Positions 39,901 to 52,449 of a stretch of 64,000 nucleotides of DNA are shown piece after piece. The notes below the pieces were generated by a model. That model had not been told where the DNA came from. It did not search any database and saw only the letters and a program-made list of their open reading frames with translations. Numbering within the stretch: the first letter of the stretch is position 1; every line of letters starts with the position of its first letter. The position numbers were made by a program, and so were the translations under genes. Location of the stretch: contig OX442314.1 in the NCBI GenBank assembly GCA_949358305.1, forward strand, positions 14,322,001 to 14,386,000, given 5' to 3'. Source of the stretch: Strigamia acuminata. Lineage: Eukaryota.

Positions 39901-40527
39901 TTTTCAATTGGTAACTCTACTATAGATAATTCCCTTTTTCCTATAATCTGTGCGAAGTTGCTTTTCCCCGAATTCTGGAGGTCCTCTGCTAATTGATTTA
40001 AAAATTGCAAAGAAATACGTAAAATATTCTGAATCAAATTGTTGAACGCTTCAAATAATTTCGCTTCCTTGTAGCAACAAGTACATTGCCTGAAAATACA
40101 CAAAAATAATAATAATAATAACATTTTTTTGAAAAATAAATTTAATAAAAATCTTTTATTCACTTACTTTTGAGCCCAGCCCTGCACATAAGTACACACT
40201 GTGGCGACATCGCTCTTTTTAACAGTGATGGTTTCAATGCAATTACTTTTCAGTTCATCTTGAGTAAATAAATACGAAGAAAAAATATCATCATTATTAA
40301 CAAAAGATGATGCATGTTGCACTTGAAATCGAAATCAAAATTCATTTAAAATACAATTGGGCTTTTTCAACGTAAATCTAGTAAGTGTTTAGAGGTTTTA
40401 GTTTCGAAAGAACGAAGCGAAAGGAAAGAAAGAATGGGATAAAACCTTTCAACTTGAACACTGATGATATTCAGTTCAACTTACATGTATGCAGAAGGTC
40501 CAGCAATTCTGAACACAAATCACACAT
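24982..40527 (-). CDS. USP34: Ubiquitin carboxyl-terminal hydrolase 34 (puffyeye ortholog), many small exons
   Basis: Start MCDLCSELL; FLLNFPLYVAYKH, KSEKNMADFDGEESGCDEELVQ, Cys box YVGLTNLGATCYMASCMQHLY, His box GVTVHTGTADGGHYYSFIRD, NYILADHDDQDVMVFNR. Stop at 24982-24984. Confidence 0.96.
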
Positions 40528-40939
40528 TTTCTTAAACACACAATTTAATAATCAATACCAGTCTTGACAATATGCATGTACTGGTTGATGAAAGTTACTA
40601 TATCTAGACCCGAAGTGACAAAGTTATGTCACTAATCACAATGAGAATTGTTCAAAATTTCTCAGGATATTTCGCTCCCGCCATATTGTAGGAAAATGCG
40701 TCACTAGATGGCGACATAGTAAACACGTCCCGAAATACGTTCGGCAAAGGAAGATACTCGAGATGATGTTCGTTACAAAATCTTTATTTTGAATGAAAAT
40801 TTAAAATAAAGTTGTATAAAAAAATCGATCTGATATTTACTGTAAAATTAATTTTAATACGGTCATTACACACACGCTTATTTGCGACTTGACAACGGTA
40901 GCATTAAAGGCGGGAAATTCAAACTCAAATTTGAATTTT

Positions 40940-42354
40940 TTAACGAGAATAATTCTTTTTAACATTGTCCAAACGATAAAATTGATGTGTTTCTGGACAC
41001 TCAGGCACTTTGTCACATTCAGCAACTGGAGAAGCTTTTTTAATTTTAGTAACATAACTTTTCCTCGCCGTCGCCTGTTTTTCCTCCATTTTAAAACGTG
41101 GTGGTGCGGAATGTGCTGTCGGAAATTCAGTCGTAGTTTTACAGGACAATAAATAGTAGCCATCGTGTCGCCTGTGACAATGTGGCTTTGGTGTTCGAGA
41201 CTTTTCTTTTGGTATACACTTTGAACGTTCACTAGCTTTATTTTTATCATCACATACCGGTTCACATGACTTTAAAGAACAACCAAGGTCATATTTAAAC
41301 TATTTCTTCTAATTATCCTATCGTACCTTTGATTTTCTGGTAAAAATATACCCCGATGTGGCGAGACAATGATCTCCTTGATTTACCGCTTCACAGTGAG
41401 CTGTGTAAATTAATCTACTCATCATCGTAACAATTATCTAATTGGAAAGAAGATGGAATACTTTTTATTTCATATAAAAATTTTGCAAAACAAAATATAA
41501 CCAGTAAAATTATTAAAGAAATAATTAATCCAAGAAGTGACCAATATAAATCTTTGACAAATAAGGCAAATTTTGATGTACATCCGTCAGTGTACAGTAT
41601 TGATTCAGAATCACTCTGAATATCAATATTTTCTATCGAATTCAAAATACCGTAATGGACGCAAGGACAATTAGCTCTTGAATTGCAACAACTGAATGGC
41701 ACATTATCGTGTGAACTAATATTTAGAAGAAGATGAAATTACATTAGAAATAATTTTATAAACACAACTATTTAGAATTCACTCGTCTTCACGTTGAGGT
41801 AAAATTAATGGCAAATATTTGACACGAATCCAATTTACATCAAACCAATCTTTATATCCGTTTCGACCGCAACACTCGAATATCATTTGTAAAAAATCAA
41901 TCTTTTCTTTCATGTTTCCATTTACCCTATAATTATGCATGTGCGTTTCAATGTTCTTGTCGATTCGCTTTTCTACAGATGCGATAATCCAAATGCAAAG
42001 CGCCAAGTTGGTTACAAATAAAGCTAGAATTACTCCACTTGTAATCAACTGGTAAATTACTCTCCTCATCTCCTCTTTATAATTGCAAGTGGTCATAATC
42101 TTTTTAATTAATAACCATCCATCTAATTGATACATGCTGGCAACAAGATGGAATAATCCAGTTATCATTAACATAATTGGTACAACTATGGCTTCTAGCG
42201 ACCCAAGGGGTCCATGGTGATCATGCAGGGTGTATATTTGAAAAAGCAAAAGGCCAATGAGAATCATAACTAAAATCAATGAAATGCTTATGATCACAAT
42301 AATTAATCCTGCCATAAATTTGCGTTCTTCTACTGTCAACTTGTTACACGCCAT
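40940..42354 (-). CDS. Peripherin-2/ROM1 (RDS)-like tetraspanin, copy A
   Basis: Three N-terminal TM segments, large loop IDFLQMIFECCGRNGYKDWFDVNW...NVPFSCCNSRANCPCVH...LYTDGC, a fourth TM, and a basic Cys-containing tail ending at 40940. Confidence 0.82.
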
Positions 42355-42459
42355 TTTTTTTTTTTAAATTCAAAACAATATCATGAAACAATATACGATG
42401 TATGTGTACATTGAGATATTTGTATTCTATGAAAATTAGCAGTCATATGATGTAGTTGA

Positions 42460-42698
42460 GGATGTTCTTTACATCTGCCCCAATGTTTGTCATTGTTAGG
42501 TTGCCTTGATTTCATTTGTTTGTGTTGTGTTTGGTTGTTTTTGGTTAGGTTAGGTCAGGTTAGGTTAGGTTAGGACCTAGGTTTAGGTCTAAACCTAACC
42601 TAACCGAAAACAACCACACACAACACAAACAAATGAAATCAAGGCAACCTAACCTAACCTAACAATGGCATACGTTGGGGCAGATGTAAAGAACATTC
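42460..42698. mobile_element. Foldback Mutator(MULE)-like non-autonomous element containing (TTAGG)n/(CCTAA)n
   Basis: ~100-bp inverted arms (GGATGTTCTTTACATCTGCCCCAA... / ...TTGGGGCAGATGTAAAGAACATTC). Perfect 9-bp TSD TGTAGTTGA at 42451-42459 and 42699-42707. Confidence 0.88.
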
Positions 42699-42830
42699 TG
42701 TAGTTGAATCAAATCAGTCTATATAGTTCAGCATAAAACTTCAAAATCAAAACAATTTTCGTACGTAAATTTATTAAATTTGTAAAATACATTGTGATTT
42801 AAAAACACATTTCATGACTTTCATTACAAA

Positions 42831-44156
42831 TTACAATTCACCATAATCATCACGAGAAAACCTAGAATTTGGAGGTTTGCATATATTTTTTCTCTTCACA
42901 CGACGTGGTTTGTCATCTTTTTTATCAATAACATCTATTTTTGGTTTTTTCGTTTTCTCAGATGCTGGAAGCATTGCTATCATTTCTGAAGATCGACCCT
43001 CTCTTAAAAAATTGCATCAGCATAAACAAATTGACTTATTTTATACATTACCCTTTCCTCAACGAATTATTACCTTAAATGACCACAAGCACTTGCCTGA
43101 TTCAAAGCTTTTATAAACGATGTTTGTACCAAACGTGCCAAACACAAAACAGCAAACTATTTATTAAAAAGGTTTAAAAATAAAATTATTCCTTCTTAAA
43201 ACCCAAAAAAAAAATTACTGAGATGACACTAAGCAAAAAGCATAAAGCAGCAGTAACCACAACTATAAATCGTATAAAATCATCAATCAAACTACCACAA
43301 CCATCTTTATATAGCGTGATATCTTGTTGATAATTATAGTTTTTGTGATCATCATTTTCACGTACTGCTGTGTGAATACAAGGTCTCGGCGACCAGGGGT
43401 CGCAACAACTGAATGGCACGTTCCTAAAATAAAACATTAAACTCGTTACAGAGAAATTAATATTTTTAATTAAACACTTTCCCATTTGCATCTTCTTTGT
43501 AAAATTCATCTTCCCATTCTATTTCGATCCAATCCACATAACTATTTCCTCCACAACACTTGAATTTGATTTGTATTTCATCAATTTGAATTTTCACGTC
43601 CGAATCGTATCTGTACTCGGCCATTGCCAATTTAAATCGTTCTGGAGCTGGGATTCCAATTTTATCCTCATGCAGCAATATTGTGACACTGATTGCGTAT
43701 ATTTTACGACAAAATGTTTTATTTTTATTTTGCTTTATTTTTAACATATTAACCCACCCAAGGACGAAGAAATCTGTTGCAGTGACGAAATGAAGGAAAA
43801 CAGTAAATAAAACCCAATTTTTTACTCCTTTTTGTATAGTTTGGTCATTGGACATAACTTGCGACCAAATTTTAGTTGCAATTAGAACAAAAACAATAGT
43901 TGTTGTCGTTATTGCAGTTGTAGTAATAGGAATCACGACTGCTACAAATCTGGAATGCAAGTTGTTTAATGATAACTGTAAAGTGTAAAAATAAAGATAC
44001 CTACGGCGAAATAATGTTTCCATGCACTGGAATGTTGTAGCTGAGAACGTATACAAAGCTTAATAAAATCAGGTCAAAAATTAAAGTGAAAGAATTGAGA
44101 ATAAGAATGGCAATGCAAAAGTTACGACGTATATTATGAGATAAAAACAGACCCAT
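42831..44156 (-). CDS. Peripherin-2/ROM1 (RDS)-like tetraspanin, copy B
   Basis: MGLFLSHNIRRNFCIAILIL..., loop IDEIQIKFKCCGGNSYVDWIEIEW...NVPFSCCDPWSPRPCIH...LYKDGC, a fourth TM and a Lys-rich tail. Stop at 42831-42833. The start could lie further upstream. Confidence 0.85.
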
Positions 44157-44551
44157 TTTATAACATCCCAACAAAAGCAACATTGTTGGTAGTATTTTAT
44201 CACATGTATTTGTTGTTAAGAAATTTAAAGGACTAATTTGTTCAATATTTAGAACTTTATCAAAATCCAAATGTCCCGAGAAGGTCACAGAAGGTTTCAA
44301 TTTTCCCGCCTGTTTGGTTCGTCGTGCCGGAAAATTAATCACGCACCCAATTCCAAAGAATGACGGTTTCTGAGATTTTTTTTAAAAATTTATTATCGAC
44401 TATTAATTTCATAACTGATTAAAATTTCTTAGATAAATCTGGAAATTTGTATTTTTATATAAAGTGATTTGCCAATAAACAAAAAATTGCAAGATTGCAT
44501 GATGTTTTGAACAGTTAACTAAAGACCGACACCCAACTTGTCTTCATCTCA

Positions 44552-44564
44552 GTTCTATAGCAAC
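44552..44564. promoter_or_regulatory. RFX X-box-like palindrome upstream of tetraspanin copy B
   Basis: GTTCTATAGCAAC matches the X-box pattern GTTNC(Y)ATRGCAAC and lies ~400 bp upstream of the ATG at 44156. Confidence 0.5.
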
Positions 44565-45136
44565 TTAGAAAACCTTGAACCGTAAAAAATATGCATTAAG
44601 AAGTTCATTGGAAAATGTAACCTCCCCATCCAACAGTATTCTACAAGTCTAATCGTTTAATAAAATAAGATTTCCAAATTGGTTGAGTAGCACGCCGTCG
44701 CACGCCCATGATGACAAAGTATCGCGGAATTTCATTAGTGAAAAAGCCCCAATATTTAATATTATAATATTAATATTATTTAAATTTAAATTTAAAATTA
44801 AAATTTATTTAAATTTATGGAAGCAATTCCATAACACAATTTAAAATAAAATATAGAAAAGTTGTTCGAAATGTATGTTCCGGCTTAAACTAACGCGCCA
44901 ATAAACAAATTCTACGCTTCCTATCTTTGGAATGTGAAAGGATTATGACAAAATGCATCTACAAAACTCTGTAGTAAACTCAGCAGGGAAATCGATTCGA
45001 TTACAAAGAGAAATTGCATATCACTCTCCCTTCTCAAGGCCATTGTAAATATCAACCAATGGAGATGCAAGGTGATGTGCTATGCGGAGCTGAAAGGAAG
45101 CTCCATACCGGAACTTGTTTGGGTTGCGGCACTGAC

Positions 45137-45210
45137 CGAAAGTGCTAGAAGTTTCCAGAATACCGTAGAAACCTTGGATTCCACGTGATCTCGCGAGCTT
45201 TTATAAATAG
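45137..45210 (+). promoter_or_regulatory. Hsp90 promoter: heat-shock element array, E-box and TATA box
   Basis: cGAAa-gtgCt-aGAAg-tTTCc-aGAAt-accgt-aGAAa at 45137-45171, CACGTG at 45182, TATAAATA at 45202. These are followed by a non-coding exon and an intron (45321-45423) ending right at the ATG, as in arthropod Hsp83 genes. Confidence 0.85.
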
Positions 45211-45423
45211 AAGGGACAAAGCGTGCATACCATTTCCGCACCACGCGCTCGCCGGTTAGCTTCGTGCAGAGAACATTACATTTCGATCGATAGTCTTTGT
45301 CTAAGAAAAACTCACTAAACGTAAGAATATTTTTACTATTTCGTTTTATTTTAACCATTTAAACGCCCATTTGTTTTAAGAAAAAGAATTTCGAAGAATT
45401 AACCAAATTTCCTTCGTTTTCAG

Positions 45424-47912
45424 ATGCCTGAGGAAACAATGACCGTTGATGATGCCGATGTTGAAACCTTTGCGTTTCAGGCCGAAATTGCCCAGTTGAT
45501 GAGCTTAATCATCAACACTTTCTATTCAAACAAAGAAATCTTCCTCCGAGAATTAATCTCCAATTCGTCCGATGTAATTTACCAAATTTTTCATTTTTTC
45601 CAAAAAAAAGAAAAGGTTTTAAAATCGTTTTTAATACTTTTTTCAGGCTTTGGATAAAATCCGTTATGAAAGTCTTACGGATCCAACAAAATTGGAGTCT
45701 GGAAAGGAACTTTACATCAAAATTACCCCCAACAAGAATGACCGATCTCTAACCATCGTGGATACCGGCATTGGGATGACGAAAGCCGATTTGGTGAACA
45801 ATTTGGGAACCATCGCGAAATCTGGAACAAAAGCTTTCATGGAAGCTTTGCAGGTATGAATTTAAAATTACGAGTGACCAAATTTGGATTTTTAAGACTT
45901 ATGTATTGAATTCGTAGGCTGGCGCTGATATTTCTATGATTGGTCAATTCGGCGTGGGTTTTTACTCCGCTTATTTGGTCGCTGACCGAGTCGTCGTCCA
46001 CTCTAAGCACAATGATGACGAACAGTACATGTGGGAATCGTCGGCTGGCGGTTCGTTCACCGTTCGAGTGGACCCTGGGGAACCCATGGGCCGTGGAACC
46101 AAGATCGTTCTTCATTTGAAGGAGGACCAGACCGAATATTTGGAAGAAAGAAAGATTAAGGAAGTCGTTAAGAAGCACAGCCAGTTTATTGGCTATCCGA
46201 TTAAGTTGTTGGTGGAAAAGGAACGCGACAAGGAGGTGAGCGATGATGAGGAGGAAGAAGAAGAAAAGAAAGAAGAGGAGGAGGAAAACAAAGAAGACAA
46301 ACCAAAGATTGAAGATGTTGGAGAGGACGAGGAGGAAGATAAAGATAAGGACAAGAAGAAGAAGAAGAAAATTAAGGAGAAGTACACCGAGGATGAAGAG
46401 TTGAACAAAACGAAGCCCATCTGGACGAGAAATCCCGATGACATCAGTCAGGAAGAATACGGCGAATTTTACAAATCGCTTACAAATGATTGGGAAGACC
46501 ATTTGGCTGTGAAACACTTCTCTGTTGAAGGTCAACTCGAGTTCAGAGCGCTTCTGTTTGTACCGAAGAGGGCGCCATTTGATCTGTTCGAAAACAGGAA
46601 GAAGAAAAATAACATTAAGTTGTACGTGAGAAGAGTCTTCATTATGGATAACTGCGAGGAATTGATTCCTGAATATTTGAGTAAGTTATTAATTAATTGA
46701 TTTAATTATTTTTTGAATTTAATTTTAATCTGTTAAATTTTTTTAGATTTCGTTAAGGGTGTAGTCGATTCCGAAGATCTGCCATTGAACATTTCTCGAG
46801 AAATGTTGCAGCAGAGCAAAATCCTGAAAGTAATTCGCAAAAATTTGGTGAAGAAATGTGTGGAATTATTTGAGGAAATCGAAGAGGACAAGGATAACTA
46901 TAAAAAATTCTACGAGCAATTCAGCAAAAATCTTAAACTTGGTATCCACGAGGATCATCAAAACAGAAAGAAGTTGGCCGAATTTTTACGTTACCACACT
47001 TCTGCGTCTGGAGATGAGATGTGCTCCCTCAAAGAATACGTTTCTCGCATGAAGGAAAGCCAGAAACACATCTACTACATCACCGGAGAAAACAAGGATC
47101 AAGTTTCTAACTCGGCTTTTGTTGAATTGGTCAAGAAACGCGGGTTTGAAGTCGTCTACATGGTGGAACCCATCGACGAATACTGCGTTCAACAACTGAA
47201 AGAATACGATGGTAAAACACTTGTCTCTGTAACCAAAGAGGGATTAGAGTTGCCCGAAGATGACGAGGAGAAGAAGAAACGCGATGAGGATAAGGCGAAA
47301 TATGAAAATCTCTGCAAAGTGATGAAAGACATTTTGGACAAGAAAGTGGAAAAGGTAATTTACGAAATATTTTTTTAAATTTTCTTATATTTTAACTTTT
47401 GTTTATTTTTTTCAGGTGGTAATTTCAAACAGATTGGTATCGTCGCCATGCTGCATTGTCACGAGTCAGTACGGATGGACAGCAAACATGGAAAGGATAA
47501 TGAAAGCCCAAGCTCTGCGCGACAGCAGCACAATGGGTTACATGGCAGCTAAGAAGCACCTCGAGATTAACCCCGATCATGCGATCGTTGACACCCTTCG
47601 TAATAAAGCTGATGTTGACAAGAACGACAAATCTGTCAAGGATTTGGTTATGTTGTTGTACGAGACGTCTCTTCTTGCGTCTGGGTTCAGTTTGGAGGAT
47701 CCGCAGACTCATGCTAGTCGCATTCACCGGTAAATTCGAGTGATTATTTGTATTGAAATGTGTTAATTTTTTTTCTTTAATTTTTTAGAATGATCAAGTT
47801 GGGTTTGGGCATTGATGAGGAAGATATTGCTGTTCCAGAAGACAAGATCGAAGACATGCCGCCATTGGAAGGCGATGCCGAAGATGCTTCCAGAATGGAA
47901 GAGGTTGATTAA
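45424..47912 (+). CDS. HSP90: Cytosolic heat shock protein 90 (Hsp83), 6 coding exons
   Basis: MPEE...[49 protein letters not shown], charged linker, and terminal MEEVD-stop. Confidence 0.99.
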
Positions 47913-49727
47913 TTATTTTTATGTTTATATTGCTGTGTCTTAAAACATTTGAAGCTGTATATATTAGCCAACTTTTTTTCACGATTAAAGTTCTAATTGA
48001 ACGTACAAGAAATGTTTTCCGTTTACAAAACATTCTTTTTTTATTTAAGCAATTATATATACCGTAAACAATAACAATACATAAGTCCGACTGATCAAAG
48101 CACAACCTATTTGTGGAATAATGGTCAACACTACTAAAAAAAGGCAAAAAGGAGTTTTATTTTAGAAATGATCGTGTTGCAACTTATCGAGTCTGTATTC
48201 TATCCAAATGTTGGAGAAATAGGCACCACGAAGTACTTGTACATTCTTTTCATATTGACATTTTTTTTCCATCGAAATATACAAATTTTACATGGCATTT
48301 ATCAATAAATAAAACCTGCAAGATAGTGTGTTGCCATCAGCCCCATGTCACATCATATACAAATACACACGATTTACTTTTTTTTTCAATTTTAAGCTTG
48401 GCACAAAATTTATATTCTCAAGTTCAGGAATAGTTTAGAATACTGATGATTATTGAATAATTATGGCACACCGTTTACCCACCAAATGTGATATAAATTA
48501 TGTGATGTAGCCTGAATTTGTTCTATTTAGTGATTTTTAAGTTTTATGACAATTTTTAGGCGTTCGAATCACTTTTAGCCCGTCCTATAAAGGCATTTCC
48601 ATGGCAGTTATTACATTTCTAGTTTTCTACCCACAAAATGAAAGATGAACCGGCACAAGAATAATGACAAAAACGTAAAATGTGATAATTTTTCTTTCTA
48701 GCTGTTTCTCAATTGGTTATTTAACATGAGCAATAAACCAGCACAATTCTTTTCTTCAAATAAATGTGAAAAGGTAAAGAGTTAAAGACTAGATTTTTAA
48801 AACTGGTTCTGACTCGAGAACCGCAAAATAATTTACTCCTAGAGCATACATATTATTAGTTCATTCAAAATCAAAAATAATAAAATTACAAAAACACCTA
48901 CACTCAATCTATAAATTGGAATGAAACATTTTAAATTGTCGTTGGGACTTAAAAAAAAAAATGGTCCACACACACCGTATATTCAAAATGCTATTTTTTT
49001 TATTATTTATTTTGTATTTTTTTTAGCATTCACTGACATTTAAAAAAAATTATAATGTTGACTAGGAAAATCAATACTCCGCACAATTTATCTGCTTAAA
49101 AAAAAGAAAAAAAGTATCTTTCGTTTTTTTTAGTTTGCTCGCTCAATCTGTGGTTTTTTTTTCTTTCTTTCATATTAAATACATTTAACCCGCCATTGTA
49201 GTTGCTCGATTTACTATTATTATTATTATTATTGCACAATTTAAATTTAAAGAATACAAAACAGTCAAGATTAACAATAATTATTTGTCATAATTTTATT
49301 AACAATTTAGTAAATTCAAATGTATTCAACAATATCGTAAAACCCTGCAACACTTTTAATCATTTGATTTTCAAGAATAACTAACAAAAAGTTAAAATTT
49401 AACCGAAGCTAACACTAGGGGGCTGCGACAACACTGCAATTTGCAAACACAATAATGAAAATTTAAAATAATTAAAATAAACAAAAACTATTTAACACAA
49501 CTGCTCGCAGCTTATAGCCAAACCTAAATTTAATTAATGAATGCAGCATGAATTTAAAATAAACCAAAAAAATTAATCTAATCAACTCCACGCATACTTC
49601 TCGGGAAAAAAAAGAGAACTAACTTAAGAATAAATATTGTATTTCTGAGCATTCAGAGGTGCTTTCAAACTTTAAAAGCCAGCTTTCATCTATTGATATG
49701 CTCTTTCTAATATCCTGTCTAATTCAA

Positions 49728-52358
49728 TTAGACCACCGTGCCTCCAGTTGTGTGGTTGACCAATTTGTTAGGGCTGTTAGTTGCTTGTTGCGTAAGACCC
49801 TGCAAATCATACTTAGTTAATACACCACAATTAAATACCACTTTGATAGAATTTTTATAAAGAGATCAATTTTTTTCCTTTTTTTTTTCTCTAAAAAAAA
49901 AAAAAGAAGAAAAAAAAATTAATTTATCCAAGCAATTTTGATCTAAATTGAGCAGCGAAATGTCAACATGCAATTTGTTAACTACGGAGTGAGTGAGTGA
50001 GATAGATTTCAACAGAAATCAGAAAAGAAAAATGCTTTATCTCGCTCAGTTTGTAACGATATATAATTGATTATTTTTTTTTAAAAAAAAAAATGTGTGT
50101 ATTTGAAATTATGATTAACTTCCTACCACTTTTCCAGGCCTTGCCCACGTAGCAATGAGGCCTTCTTGGCACGCAGTTACTATACAGTCCTCCCTAAAAA
50201 CTAAAGCAGTCAATCGTTCATGAGTTATTTTTTTACAGACGAGAGGTTCGAGCATTGGCACATCGTCTAGCCGAGGACACGACGGAGTTCCTATTAGTTT
50301 GACGGGATCGTCAGTCCCTTTGCTGCTGGTTTTGAGCACGGTGTTCTTTTCCGAATTCCTCGACGAGAGGCTGAAATTTCTCTTATGTTCCTTATCGTAT
50401 TTCTCCTTCTTCTCGCCCACCAGCGTCAGCGTCGCAAACTTGTGAGTGATGCTGCTCGAACTGTGGACATTTCCGTCCGCGACCAGCTCCTTCACCACAC
50501 AATTCGCTTGCGAATTGACCGTTTGATTGCTGCACTTGTTCGACTGGCTTCCCGACTGCGTGAACACCACGCTAGTTCTCGTCCTGCCCATGGGTTGTTT
50601 GAGAACGTCTTCCGTTAAATCCCACAAACACAGCTGCGTGTCCTGGCCGACCGAGCCGAATCGGTAGGAAGTAATATTTATAGTTCTGCTCTCCGACGAA
50701 TTCCTATTCGACGTAGGACGGGACGTCGACGAGTTGGACAGATGCGACGCGTGTTTACCACTACTGTTGTCCGAATCGAGAAACTCGGTGTGATTACTCG
50801 GCATGTGTTGGTTCGTCAGCTCCTCGTCGCTGCCACTGAAATCGAACGATTCCAAATCACTGCACCAAGTCGTGTACGGATCGAACGCGACCACGCTGAT
50901 CCACGATTTATGACCGTGTCCCCGCGCGACGATCCTCCTTTCGTTGAAGGACCAAACCGTCACTAAATCGTCCTCGCCTCCGGACACCACGTATCGGCCG
51001 TCGGGACTCCAGCACACACACAGCAAGCCGCCGAAATAACTCCTCGCGATCCCTAGCAAGTCCATCGTGTCGTAATTAAACACTCGGAGGAATCCGTCTT
51101 GACTAACAGTTGCCAAATACTTCGAACAGGGGGAAAATTCAAACTCGTTTAGCGAACCTTCTCCGATAACCCACCTGTACAATGGGTTTCGCGTACTTTT
51201 AGTCTTACACGTGTACACAGCAAAACCTTCTCCTTGTTTAAATATCTGATAATGCGGCGGGGTGGTACCACAAGGAAGCTCTTCATTATATACATACATC
51301 TGCCCACTCACGTGGGAGACCAGAAACTGATTCGGGGAACCAGGAAGCCATTTGAGACATGTTACTTTCGTTTTGTCTATTAACCGCTGCGAAAGATAAA
51401 CATCGACAAATTAGACATTTCCTTTTCGATACAGATTTGTCAAATTCAACTTTACCTCTTCGTTATATAATTTCGTTAATTCTTTGCGAATTGGATCGAC
51501 TAATTGGATTTGTCCTGCAGAGAATCCCACAAGCAGCGATACACCTTCGCTGGTAACTGTAACGTTATTAAAGTCGTGGCACGTTGGATGCGTTCCTTTA
51601 TAAACTCGTTTGTCTATTGGTTTAGTTAAATCTGCTGCCTGCGGAAAGCGAAAAGTAAACAATTAGAAAACAAAAAATATATTTTTTAATCGTTAAAATG
51701 TGTTTCTTGCATTTTTATGCTCATTTTTTGCTATTTTCCATATTTTTAAACTGCTTAAATTCGTTTTTATGGTATTAAAAAATATAAATACTCACTCAAT
51801 TTAAATACCGCTATAAGCAATTAAAAAAAAAACCAGAAAATAAAAAGCAAACAAACACTGGAAGGTCTTGGGACAACTTCCCTGTTGGGTATCGCTACGA
51901 TCATTTGGAAATTAAATTTCCTCGCTATTTGAAATTCTAAATGACTTTTTTTAAGCGTGAAAACACAGTCTCACGGAAGTAACTCGGTCCACGAGTGGTG
52001 ACAGTCGCCGCTTAGTTGCGATTACAATTTGTACAAGCCACACTTTAAACCGAAAATAATGTTCGGCTCAGTTTGCATTCTGAGCGATTAAAAACACATA
52101 AAATCTCACCTTTCTAACCCCCTTGTACATATAAATGTACAATTCGCGGCCTACATTGAAACATATCCTATCTCCATTTCCTGACTGGTCCGGTATCGTT
52201 ACAAAAGAGACTTTGACAGGAGTAGTGGCTTGAGTATTATATCCTACTCTGTTTGGTCGGGAATACTCGGACAAAGTCATTAGTTTATAGGTTCCTTCTC
52301 GTATCTGAAAATGCGTTTTCAGTTCGTCTTTACCTCCTCCCTCATATTGCACCGCCAT
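49728..52358 (-). CDS. WDR20: WD repeat protein 20 / DMWD (USP12/46 activator), 4 exons
   Basis: ELKTHFQIREGTYKLMTLSEYSRPNRV, ADLTKPIDKRVYKGTHPTCHDFN, SYFGGLLCVCWSPDGRYVVSGGEDDLVTVWSF, YRFGSVGQDTQLCLWDLTED. The last exon ends GGTVV-stop. Confidence 0.96.
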
Positions 52359-52449
52359 TTTACTCGGAGAGCACAGTCGCCGCAAAAGCCCGGATGTGAT
52401 TTTGTAATGTGTCGAGCCGGCTGGGAATTTCTGTATTACATCAGCCAAG

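Noticed and set aside
45837..46535. 232-aa antisense ORF over Hsp90
   Set aside because: A shadow ORF caused by codon bias of a highly expressed gene; there is no independent signal.
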